This document shows, piece after piece, positions 34,322-42,871 of a stretch of 64,000 nucleotides of DNA. The position numbers and the translations under genes were made by a program. Source of the DNA: Brevibacterium senegalense (GTDB lineage Bacteria; Actinomycetota; Actinomycetes; Actinomycetales; Brevibacteriaceae). The stretch spans positions 154 through 64,153 of the forward strand of contig DYUK01000081.1 of NCBI GenBank assembly GCA_020743695.1. The letters run 5' to 3'. Positions within the stretch are counted from its first letter, which is position 1. Every line of letters starts with the position of its first letter. A model generated the notes under the pieces. It did not search any database, was not told where the DNA came from, and saw only the letters and a list, made by a program, of their open reading frames with translations.

Positions 34322-36985
34322 GTGACGACGACAGCCTCCGCAGACGCAGCCCCCGCCCCGCAGGACTCGCTCCTCCTCATCGACGGCCATTCGATGGCGT
34401 ACCGCGCGTACCACGCGCTGCCGCCGGAGAAGTTCCAGACCGCGTCCGGGCAGACGACGAACGCGGTGTTCGGGTTCGTCTCGATGCTGCTGACGGCGAT
34501 CGAGGCGGAGGCGCCCACGCACATCGCCGTGGCGTTCGACCGCGGCCGGCCGCAGTTCCGGCTGGACGAACACCCGGAGTACAAGGCGGGCCGCGCGAAG
34601 ACCCCGCCGGACTTCCACGGCCAGGTCGACCTCATCGAGGACGTGCTGCAGGCACTGCGGATCCCCGTGCTGGGCATCGCGGGCGTCGAGGCCGACGACG
34701 TGCTCGCCACCCTCGCGCGGCTGGCGGAGGAGGCCGGGGTCGAGGCCCGCATCGCCTCGGGCGACAAGGACGCCTTCCAGCTGGTCCGCCCCGGGGTGAC
34801 CGTCCTCTACCCGCGTCGCGGCATGACGGACCTCGACCGGATGACGCCGGAGGCGGTCGAGGAGAAGTACGGCGTCACCCCCGCGCAGTACCGGGGGCAG
34901 GCCGCACTCGTGGGCGAGAAGGCGGACAACCTGCCGGGCGTGCCCGGGGTGGGTCCCAAGACCGCCGCGAAGTGGCTCACGACGTACGGCGGGCTCGAGG
35001 AGGTCCTCGCCCACGCGGACGACATCACCGGCAAGGCGGGCGAGAGCCTGCGCGCGCACCTGACCGACGTGCGCCGCAACTTCCGCCTCAACCGCCTGCT
35101 GGACGACGTCGAGGTGCCGGTCACGATCGAGGAGACGCGCCGGCAGTCGCCGGACCGGACCGCCCTCGAGGCCCTCTTCGACCAGCTCGAGTTCGCGGTG
35201 CTGGGCCGCCGCGCCCAGGCTCTCTACACGGAAGAGGACGGGGACACCGCCGCCGAGGCCGTGGTCCGGGAGGCGACCCGGCTCGCCGCCGCGGACGTGC
35301 CGGAGGCACTGGCCGGGGTCCGCGCCGCGGACTGGGTCGCGCTCGCGACGGACGGCTCCTACGTGCGCGGGGCGGGCACCGTCGACCGGCTGGTGCTGGC
35401 GCGCGGGGAGGATCTCTGGGCGCTCGACCTCAGCGAGCTGGACGCCGCCGCGCAGACCGCGCTCACGACGCTCCTGACGGAGCACCCCCGCCTCGTCGCC
35501 CACGATGCGAAGCCGCAGCTCAAGGCGCTGTGGGAGGCGGGCTACCGTGAGGCCGCCGTCGCGTGGGACACCCAGCTGGCCGGCTACCTGCTGGAGCCGG
35601 ACCGCCGCGGCTACGACCTCGGCGACCTCCTGGCCGCACGCCTGGGGACGACCTTGCCCGAGGCCGGCGAAGACGACCCCGTCGCCCCGCTCGCCGCGCA
35701 CGCCGCCGCCGTCGCGGACCTGCGCCCCGTGCTGGCCGACGCACTCGAGGACAGCGGACTCACCCGGATCATGGAGGAGATCGAGGTCCCCGTCCTCGAC
35801 ATCCTCGCCCGCATGGAGGTCCGCGGCATCGCCGTCGACCGCGCGCGCCTCGACGACCTCGCACAGGAGTTCCGTTCGCAGGCGGATGCCAGCGCGGCGG
35901 ACGCCTACGCGGCGATCGGGCGCGAGGTGAACCTGGGCTCGCCCAAGCAGCTGCAGGAGGTCCTCTTCGACGACCTCGACATGCCGCGGACCAAGCGGAC
36001 GAAGACCGGGTACACGACGGACGCCGCCGCCCTCGCGGACCTGTACGCGAAGACGCAGCACCCCTTCCTCGCGCACCTGCTGGCGCACCGGGACCGCACG
36101 AAGCTCAGCCAGACGGTCGTGGGGCTGGAGAAGACGATCGCGGACGACGGGCGCATCCACACGACCTACCTGCAGACCGTCGCGGCCACCGGCCGGCTGT
36201 CCTCGAAGGACCCCAACCTGCAGAACATCCCGGTCCGCACGGAGGCCGGCCGCCGCATCCGCGAGGTCTTCGTCCCCGGTCCCGACGCGGACGCCCTGCT
36301 GACCGCGGACTACTCGCAGATCGAGATGCGCATCATGGCGCACCTGTCCGGCGACCCGTCCCTCATCAGCGCGTTCCGGGCGGGGGAGGACCTGCACGCC
36401 TACGTGGGGTCGCAGGTGTTCGGCGTCGAGACCTCGGAGGTCACCCCGGAGCTGCGGTCGCAGGTCAAGGCGATGTCGTACGGACTGGTCTACGGCCTGT
36501 CCGCCTACGGGCTCTCCCAGCAGCTGGGGATCGGCGTCGACGAGGCCCGCGACCTCATGGACGGCTACTTCGACCGGTTCGGGGCGGTGCGCGACTACCT
36601 CTCGAGCGTCGTCGAGGAGGCGCGCGAGCGCGGATACACGGAGACGATGGACGGCCGGCGCCGGTACCTGCCGGCTCTGACCTCCGATCGTCGGCAGGTC
36701 CGCGAGATGGCAGAGCGCGCCGCGCTCAACGCGCCCATCCAGGGCAGTGCGGCGGACATCATGAAGCGGGCGATGATCCGGGTCGACGAGGCGATCCGCG
36801 AGGCGGACCTCGACAGCCGCGTCCTCCTGCAGGTCCACGATGAGATCATCGTCGAGCTGGCCGCCGGCGAGCACGACGAGGTGTCGCGGATCGTGCAGGA
36901 GCGGATGGCGGACGCGGCGACGCTGTCCGTCCCGCTCGAGGTGAATGTGGGGATCGGCCAGAGCTGGCAGGACGCCGCGCACTGA
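34322..36985 (+). CDS. polA: DNA polymerase I
   Basis: LIDGHSMAYRAYHA 5'-nuclease start, TGRLSSKDPNLQNIP, ADYSQIEMR, KAMSYGLVYG, LLQVHDE. Start taken at GTG 34322, 6 nt after TACCCT. Confidence 0.97.
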   Translation: MTTTASADAAPAPQDSLLLIDGHSMAYRAYHALPPEKFQTASGQTTNAVFGFVSMLLTAIEAEAPTHIAVAFDRGRPQFRLDEHPEYKAGRAKTPPDFHGQVDLIEDVLQALRIPVLGIAGVEADDVLATLARLAEEAGVEARIASGDKDAFQLVRPGVTVLYPRRGMTDLDRMTPEAVEEKYGVTPAQYRGQAALVGEKADNLPGVPGVGPKTAAKWLTTYGGLEEVLAHADDITGKAGESLRAHLTDVRRNFRLNRLLDDVEVPVTIEETRRQSPDRTALEALFDQLEFAVLGRRAQALYTEEDGDTAAEAVVREATRLAAADVPEALAGVRAADWVALATDGSYVRGAGTVDRLVLARGEDLWALDLSELDAAAQTALTTLLTEHPRLVAHDAKPQLKALWEAGYREAAVAWDTQLAGYLLEPDRRGYDLGDLLAARLGTTLPEAGEDDPVAPLAAHAAAVADLRPVLADALEDSGLTRIMEEIEVPVLDILARMEVRGIAVDRARLDDLAQEFRSQADASAADAYAAIGREVNLGSPKQLQEVLFDDLDMPRTKRTKTGYTTDAAALADLYAKTQHPFLAHLLAHRDRTKLSQTVVGLEKTIADDGRIHTTYLQTVAATGRLSSKDPNLQNIPVRTEAGRRIREVFVPGPDADALLTADYSQIEMRIMAHLSGDPSLISAFRAGEDLHAYVGSQVFGVETSEVTPELRSQVKAMSYGLVYGLSAYGLSQQLGIGVDEARDLMDGYFDRFGAVRDYLSSVVEEARERGYTETMDGRRRYLPALTSDRRQVREMAERAALNAPIQGSAADIMKRAMIRVDEAIREADLDSRVLLQVHDEIIVELAAGEHDEVSRIVQERMADAATLSVPLEVNVGIGQSWQDAAH

Positions 36986-37038
36986 TATCCGCCCCACCGG
37001 GGGTTCCCAGGGGCCGGGGTCTCAGCGGCGCGGGCGGC

Positions 37039-37875
37039 TCAGTCGCGCAGGCGGGTGGAGAAGATCGCGGTGCCCGGCATGAGCCGGCCGCGCAGCGGCG
37101 ACCAGCCGCCCCACGAGGACTCGTTGTCCTCGGGCCACTCGGGTTCCGTGAGCCCGGTCAGCTCGAAACCCGCGTCCACGAGGAGGCGGATCCAGTCGCT
37201 CAGCGTGCGGTGGTGCTCCGCGTAGACGGGCTGGCCGGAGACGTCGAGCTCGACGTACGGCGTGCGGTCGAAGTACGAGTACTCGACGGTGAGTCCGGCC
37301 TCGCCGGGCACGTCCGGGAACATCCAGCGCAGCGGGTGGGTGACGGAGAAGACCCACAGCCCGCCCGGGCGGACGACGCGGGCGGCCTCCGCGAGCACGG
37401 TCTCCGCGTCCTTGACGAAGGGAAGCGCGCCGTAGGAGGAGAAGACGATGTCGAAGCTGTCGGACGGGAACGGAAGGGAGCGCGCGTCGGCCTGGAGGAA
37501 CGTGGGCGGCACCGCGTCGGGACCCAGCGGGTTCTCGCGCTGCAGGCGGGAGGCCTGCTCGAGCATGCCGGAGGACAGGTCGACGCCCGTCGCCAGCGCG
37601 CCGTGCTCCGCCAGCCAGCGGGAGCACTGCCCCGCACCGCAGCCCACCTCGAGCACCTGCCGCCGCTGGACGTCCCCCAGCAGCCGCACGTCGTCCTCGC
37701 GGACGCCCTCCGGGCACCACACGAACTCCGAGGCCCCCAGGAAGCTGCCGTGCTCCGCGAGGTACTCCTCCGCGGACCCGTCCCAGTAGGAGCGGTTGGC
37801 CCGGACGGACTCCTCCTCACCGATCGACAGATATCCGCCGCTGATGATCTCCGGTGAGTACTCGCCCTCGCTCAC
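37039..37875 (-). CDS. Class I SAM-dependent methyltransferase (conserved, divergent from rpsA)
   Basis: GTG at 37875 after GAGGAG; VLEVGCGAGQCSRW, GVDLSSGML, QADARSLPF..SFDIVFS, RVVRPGG. Confidence 0.88.
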   Translation of the reverse strand: MSEGEYSPEIISGGYLSIGEEESVRANRSYWDGSAEEYLAEHGSFLGASEFVWCPEGVREDDVRLLGDVQRRQVLEVGCGAGQCSRWLAEHGALATGVDLSSGMLEQASRLQRENPLGPDAVPPTFLQADARSLPFPSDSFDIVFSSYGALPFVKDAETVLAEAARVVRPGGLWVFSVTHPLRWMFPDVPGEAGLTVEYSYFDRTPYVELDVSGQPVYAEHHRTLSDWIRLLVDAGFELTGLTEPEWPEDNESSWGGWSPLRGRLMPGTAIFSTRLRD

Positions 37876-37934
37876 ACCCGCTCCTCGCTGTTCGGCACTG
37901 CAGTCCGCGCGTGCGTTCGCACCCGCGTTGGTGC

Positions 37935-37940
37935 TAGCAT
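37935..37940 (+). promoter_or_regulatory. Probable -10 (TAGCAT) of rpsA, giving a leader of about 130 nt
   Basis: Best TANNNT in the locally AT-rich rpsA/methyltransferase intergenic region. Confidence 0.55.
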
Positions 37941-38074
37941 ATTGGACTGTATGCACATCGCGAACCGTGGACGTCACACGCCGCCGTGCTGCACTTCCAA
38001 TCATCCATCACGAGACCGTGTCCCCGTTCCCTCGGGACCGCGGGCCACATTCCATCTACGGAGTCCCTTACCTA

Positions 38075-39556
38075 ATGACCACCACCACGCCTGACTCGGC
38101 GGCCCAGAAGCAGGTCGCCGTCAACGACATCGGCACCTCCGAGGACTTCCTCGCAGCCGTCGACGAGACCATCAAGTACTTCAATGACGGAGACATCGTC
38201 GAAGGCACCGTCGTGAAGGTCGATCGCGATGAGGTGCTCGTCGATATCGGTTACAAGACCGAAGGCGTCATCCTCTCCCGTGAGCTCTCCATCAAGCACG
38301 ACGTCGATCCGGCTGAGGTCGTCGAGGTCGGCGACGGCATCGAGGCCCTCGTCCTCACCAAGGAGGACAAGGACGGCCGTCTGATGCTCTCCAAGAAGCG
38401 CGCGCAGTACGAGCGCGCCTGGGGCGACATCGAGCGCATCAAGGAAGAGGACGGGGTCGTCACGGGCACCGTCATCGAGGTCGTCAAGGGCGGCCTCATC
38501 GTCGACATCGGACTGCGCGGCTTCCTCCCGGCCTCCCTCGTGGAGATGCGCCGCGTCCGCGACCTGGCGCCGTACATCGGCCAGCAGGTCGAGGCGAAGA
38601 TCATCGAGCTCGACAAGAACCGCAACAACGTCGTCCTCTCGCGCCGCGCGTGGCTCGAGCAGACGCAGTCGGCGGTGCGCCACGACTTCCTGCAGACCCT
38701 GCAGAAGGGCCAGGTCCGTCCGGGCGTCGTGTCCTCGATCGTCAACTTCGGTGCGTTCGTCGACCTGGGCGGCGTGGACGGTCTGGTCCACGTCTCGGAG
38801 CTGTCCTGGAAGCACATCGAGCACCCCAGTGAGGTCGTGACGGTGGGCGACGAGGTCACCGTCGAGGTCCTGGACGTCGACATGGACCGCGAGCGCGTCT
38901 CCCTGTCGCTCAAGGCGACCCAGGAGGATCCGTGGCAGCACTTCGCCCGGACCCACATCATCGGCCAGATCGTGCCCGGCAAGGTCACGAAGCTCGTGCC
39001 CTTCGGCGCGTTCGTGCGCGTCGAGGACGGCATCGAGGGCCTCGTGCACATCTCGGAGCTGGCCGTGCGCCACATCGACCTGCCGGAGCAGGTCGTGGGC
39101 GTCGACGAGACGATCTACGTCAAGGTCATCGACATCGACCTGGACCGCCGCCGCATCTCGCTCTCCCTCAAGCAGGCGAACGAGGGCGTGGACCCGGAGG
39201 CGGAGGAGTTCCTCGACCCGGCGCTCTACGGCATGCTCCAGGAGTACGACGAGGACGGGAACTACAAGTACCCGGAGGGCTTCGACCCGGAGACCAACGA
39301 GTGGCTCGAGGGCTTCGACGCCCAGCGCGAGGAGTGGGAGCAGCAGTACGCCACCGCTCAGCACCACTGGGAGGAGCACAAGAAGCAGGTCGCGAAGGCG
39401 ATCTCCGCAGACGCGGAGGCCGCTGCGTCCGGCGCCGTCAGCTCGGAGACCCCGGCTGCCGCCAGCTCGTACGCCAGCGAGGCGCCCGCGGACTCCGGCA
39501 CCCTCGCCAGCGACGAGGCCCTGGCCGCGCTGCGCGAGAAGCTCGCCGGCAGCTGA
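38075..39556 (+). CDS. rpsA: 30S ribosomal protein S1
   Basis: ATG 38075; four S1 repeats (DIGYKTEGVI, DIGLRGFLPASL, DLGGVDGLVHVSELSW, GIEGLVHISEL); C-terminal GTLASDEALAALREKL. Confidence 0.98.
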   Translation: MTTTTPDSAAQKQVAVNDIGTSEDFLAAVDETIKYFNDGDIVEGTVVKVDRDEVLVDIGYKTEGVILSRELSIKHDVDPAEVVEVGDGIEALVLTKEDKDGRLMLSKKRAQYERAWGDIERIKEEDGVVTGTVIEVVKGGLIVDIGLRGFLPASLVEMRRVRDLAPYIGQQVEAKIIELDKNRNNVVLSRRAWLEQTQSAVRHDFLQTLQKGQVRPGVVSSIVNFGAFVDLGGVDGLVHVSELSWKHIEHPSEVVTVGDEVTVEVLDVDMDRERVSLSLKATQEDPWQHFARTHIIGQIVPGKVTKLVPFGAFVRVEDGIEGLVHISELAVRHIDLPEQVVGVDETIYVKVIDIDLDRRRISLSLKQANEGVDPEAEEFLDPALYGMLQEYDEDGNYKYPEGFDPETNEWLEGFDAQREEWEQQYATAQHHWEEHKKQVAKAISADAEAAASGAVSSETPAAASSYASEAPADSGTLASDEALAALREKLAGS

Positions 39557-39580
39557 TCGTCGTACGCTGACGTCGCATCT

Positions 39581-41413
39581 GTGAGCAGACGCTCTGAGGA
39601 CCCCCGGACGCATGTCCGGGGGTCCTCCGCATTCCGTCCCTGGCTGGTCTTCGCACTCCTCGCCCTGGCACTCTCGCTCGTGACGTTCCGCGGTCTCCTG
39701 GGGGATCCCGGCGGGCGCGTGTACGCGCACAACGACGACGCGTCCCTCTTCATCTGGTGGTTCGCCAACGGCGCGGACGCCCTCGCGTCCGCGCTGGGAT
39801 TCGGCACCGGCACGACGGGCTTCCTCGAGACCTCGGCAATGAACTGGCCGGACGGCGTCAACGGGGCGTGGAACACGAGCGCGCTGGGCCTCGCGCTGCC
39901 GCTGGCGCCCCTCACGTGGCTGGCGGGGCCGGTCGTCGCCTACACGACGGCGATCGTCCTCTCGCCGGTCGCCGCCTCCCTGGCGGCCGCGGTGCTGCTC
40001 ACCCGCTTCGCGGACCGCACCCCCGCTTTCGCCGGCGCCCTCCTCTACGGCTTCTCCCCGTACCTCATCGCCCAGGCCGGCGGCCACCTCAACCTGAGTT
40101 TCGCAGTGCTGCCGCCCCTCGTGGGCGCCTTCCTGTGGCGCTGCGCGACCGCGCCGGCCGGAGGTGATCTGCGGACCCGCGTGCGCGAAGCGGTGCCGTG
40201 GGGCATCCTGCTGGGCGGTGTCCTGGGCTGGCAGTTCTACATGTCGACGGAACTGCTGGCCGGCACGTTCCTGGCCGCGGTCGTCGCCGTCGCCGCGATC
40301 GCCGTCTGCCTGCGCGGACGTCTGCGGCCGCGTCTGCTGCCGTTCCTCGCGGCTTCGGGCGCCGCCGTCGTGACGGCGCTGCTGCTGGCCGCGCCGCTGC
40401 TCGTCACGATGCTGACCGGTCCGGGTGCGCCCCGGGAGGCGATCCGGCCGCACGGGGTCTGGAACAACGACCTCGCGGACCTCGTGACCCCGTCACAGCA
40501 CACCCTGTTCGCGGGTGCGGGCCCGGAGATCCCCCGCGTCATCGGACTCGACCCGGCGGAGGTGGGCGGCTACGTCTCACTCGTCTGGCTGGTCGTGGGC
40601 GGCTGGGCCGTGGTGCGCCGGTGGCGGTCGCCGCAGCACGGCCTGCTCGTGCGCGTCCTGGCGCTCACCGGTGCGACGGTCTGGCTGCTGTCGATGGGCT
40701 CGCCCCTGCGCATCCTGGGCCAGGAGATCCCGGTGCCGGGACCGTTCCGTCTCGTCGAGCACCTCCCGGTGCTCGAGAACATCCTGCCGATGCGCCTGTC
40801 CGTCCACGTCGTGCTGGTCCTCAGCGCCCTCACCGCGGTGCTCCTCCACCACGCGCTGCGGGCGGGCCGGCGCGCAGCGATCGCGCCCGTGGCCGCCGTC
40901 ACGGCGGTGGCCGTGCTCATCGCGCCCGCCGCGGCGGAGACCCGGGTCCTGCACATCCCCACCGCGATCGCGTCCGGGGCCCTCGACGAGGTCGTTCCAC
41001 AGGGCGCGGTCGTCAAGGCGCTGCCCACCCCCCGGGCCGTCGCAGAGCCGGACCACGCCCAGGCGATGGCGTGGCAGGCGGAGTCCGGGATGCACTACCG
41101 CGAGACCGGCGGCTACTTCATCGGCAGCACCGACGACCACGACGTCATCTACCAGTCGCTGCTGGACCCGCTGGACGTCCTCCTGCGGGAGGCGGAGGGG
41201 CCCGGAGGATCCGCGGCCCTCGAACAGGACCGTGTTGACCAGTCCGTCCGCGACATCCGGGCGCGCGGGACCGAATTCGTCCTCGTCCCGGAGGATGCGC
41301 CCCTGCTGCCCCGGCCGGCGGATGAGCTGGCGGAGTCGCTCGCGCGGACGCCGGGGGCGCACGCGGAGCTCATCGAGGACACGTGGGTCGTCGACCTGCG
41401 CGGAGTAGAGTGA
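39581..41413 (+). CDS. Polytopic membrane protein, putative GT-C-fold glycosyltransferase (start uncertain)
   Basis: 610-aa ORF with host-like codon usage; N-terminal TM, then NDDASLFIWWF...NWPDGVNGAWNTS loop, LLYGFSPY..HLNL, about 10-12 TM helices, extracytoplasmic C-terminus with AMAWQA..YRETGGYF. The function call is from recalled family resemblance only. Confidence 0.6.
   Translation: MSRRSEDPRTHVRGSSAFRPWLVFALLALALSLVTFRGLLGDPGGRVYAHNDDASLFIWWFANGADALASALGFGTGTTGFLETSAMNWPDGVNGAWNTSALGLALPLAPLTWLAGPVVAYTTAIVLSPVAASLAAAVLLTRFADRTPAFAGALLYGFSPYLIAQAGGHLNLSFAVLPPLVGAFLWRCATAPAGGDLRTRVREAVPWGILLGGVLGWQFYMSTELLAGTFLAAVVAVAAIAVCLRGRLRPRLLPFLAASGAAVVTALLLAAPLLVTMLTGPGAPREAIRPHGVWNNDLADLVTPSQHTLFAGAGPEIPRVIGLDPAEVGGYVSLVWLVVGGWAVVRRWRSPQHGLLVRVLALTGATVWLLSMGSPLRILGQEIPVPGPFRLVEHLPVLENILPMRLSVHVVLVLSALTAVLLHHALRAGRRAAIAPVAAVTAVAVLIAPAAAETRVLHIPTAIASGALDEVVPQGAVVKALPTPRAVAEPDHAQAMAWQAESGMHYRETGGYFIGSTDDHDVIYQSLLDPLDVLLREAEGPGGSAALEQDRVDQSVRDIRARGTEFVLVPEDAPLLPRPADELAESLARTPGAHAELIEDTWVVDLRGVE
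39596..39627 (+). terminator. Hairpin downstream of rpsA (probable terminator)
   Basis: GAGGACCCCCGGAC-gcat-GTCCGGGGGTCCTC, a perfect 14-bp stem about 40 nt after the rpsA stop. Confidence 0.75.
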
Positions 41414-41418
41414 CGGGC

Positions 41419-42360
41419 ATGACAGAGACGAGTGCGACCACCTCACCGCTGCTGCTGGGGCTCACCGGGGGGATCGGCGCCGGCAAGTCGACCGTCGCGG
41501 CACTGCTGGCCGACCGCGGAGCCGGGATCGTCGACGCAGACCGCATCGCACGCGAGGTCGTGGAACCCGGCGAACCCGCGCTCGAGGCACTGCGGCGGGA
41601 GTTCGGGGACGCGGTCCTGTCAGACGACGGCACACTCGACCGTGCGGCATTGGCGGGCCTCGCGTTCGCAACACCGGAGCGGACCGCAGCACTCAACGCG
41701 ATCATGCACCCCGCGATCGCCCAGCGGACCGCCGCGCGACTGACGGAGCACGCGCATCTGCCGGTCGTCGTCCACGACGTCCCGCTGCTCGTGGAGAACG
41801 GGATGACGGGGAACTACCACCTGAGCCTCCTCGTCGACGTGCCGGAGGAGACGCGGCTCGACCGGCTCACGACCTCGCGCGGTCTCGACCGGGAGGATGC
41901 GCAGCGCCGCATCCGGGCGCAGGCGACGGACGACCAGCGGCACCTCGCCTGCGACGCGGCCCTCGACAACGCGGGGACGCAGGAGCACCTGCGGGAGCAG
42001 GTCGTGGAGCTGTGGGAGAACCGGATCGAACCGTTCCGGCGGAACCGTGCGGCGGGCACGCCGGCCCAGCCGCTGCCGCTCACGCAAGTGGAGGCGGGGG
42101 AGGAGGCCCAGCGCGCCGCGGGTGCGCGCCTCACCGCCCGTCTCGAGCGGACGGCGAGCCGCGCAGGGCTGCCGGCCACGGCCTCGGCGTCACCGTCCGT
42201 GGACGGGGTCGCGATCGACCTGCGCGTCCCGGACGGGACGGACCCGGCGGCCGTGGCCGCCGTCCTGCGCGAGACGGGCTACGCGCCGCGGGACGACCGG
42301 TGGCTCACGACGGATCCCGGCCGCCCTGCGGCGGTGACGGTCAGCGCAGGGACGCGCTGA
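41419..42360 (+). CDS. coaE: Dephospho-CoA kinase with degenerate C-terminal extension
   Basis: ATG 41419; GLTGGIGAGKSTVA, DADRIAREVVEPG, LNAIMHP, DVPLLVE. Confidence 0.94.
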   Translation: MTETSATTSPLLLGLTGGIGAGKSTVAALLADRGAGIVDADRIAREVVEPGEPALEALRREFGDAVLSDDGTLDRAALAGLAFATPERTAALNAIMHPAIAQRTAARLTEHAHLPVVVHDVPLLVENGMTGNYHLSLLVDVPEETRLDRLTTSRGLDREDAQRRIRAQATDDQRHLACDAALDNAGTQEHLREQVVELWENRIEPFRRNRAAGTPAQPLPLTQVEAGEEAQRAAGARLTARLERTASRAGLPATASASPSVDGVAIDLRVPDGTDPAAVAAVLRETGYAPRDDRWLTTDPGRPAAVTVSAGTR

Positions 42361-42772
42361 GCTCGATCGACACGCCCTTGAGGGCGCGGGAGACGGGGCA
42401 GTCCTTCTTCGCGCGCTCGGCGATCGTCCGGAAGTCCGGCTCGCTGAGGTCCGGGACGGATCCCACGACGTAGAGGTGCACGCCGGTGATCCCGTCGGAG
42501 GGGGAGAAGCTCACGTCCGCACCCGTCGAGAGCTCCTCGGGCGGCGTGCCGTTCGAGGTGAGCGCGTTCGACAGGGCCATCGAGAAGCACGCGGAGTGGG
42601 CGGCGCCCAGCAGCTCCTCCGGCGTCGTCGCCGCCCCGGTGCCCTCCGCGCGCGCCTCCCACGAGACCGCCAGCGCGCCCGCCCCCGAGCTGTCGAGCGA
42701 GACCGTGCCGCTGCCCTCCGGGAGCGTGCCCTTCCACACCGTGTGGGCCTTCGAGATCGTCTCTGCCATCAT
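42341..42772 (-). CDS. osmC: OsmC-family peroxiredoxin
   Basis: SKAHTVWKGTLPEGSG, TTPEELLGAAHSACFSMALS, AKKDCPVSRAL (two catalytic Cys); overlaps the coaE 3' end by 20 nt. Confidence 0.92.
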   Translation of the reverse strand: MMAETISKAHTVWKGTLPEGSGTVSLDSSGAGALAVSWEARAEGTGAATTPEELLGAAHSACFSMALSNALTSNGTPPEELSTGADVSFSPSDGITGVHLYVVGSVPDLSEPDFRTIAERAKKDCPVSRALKGVSIELSASLR

Positions 42773-42842
42773 CGTCCCTTCCTGCGTTCGGATCGTCCGA
42801 TTCGAGTCTAGGCCCGCAGGACCTCCTGCGGGGCGGTTCCCG

Positions 42843-42864
42843 TGTCCGTCCTCCGCGCTATCGT
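42843..42864 (+). promoter_or_regulatory. uvrB promoter, TGTCCG-N10-TATCGT (RecA-NDp/PafBC-like)
   Basis: TGTCCG 42843-42848, 10 nt, TATCGT 42859-42864, 7 nt to ATG; same geometry as at uvrA. Confidence 0.7.
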
Positions 42865-42871
42865 GAGAGAC

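Noticed and set aside
37876-38074. N-terminal extensions given by the ORF track for rpsA (37796) and the methyltransferase (38004)
   Set aside because: They would overlap each other head-to-head. Homologous sequence and SD-like signals begin at 38075 and 37875.
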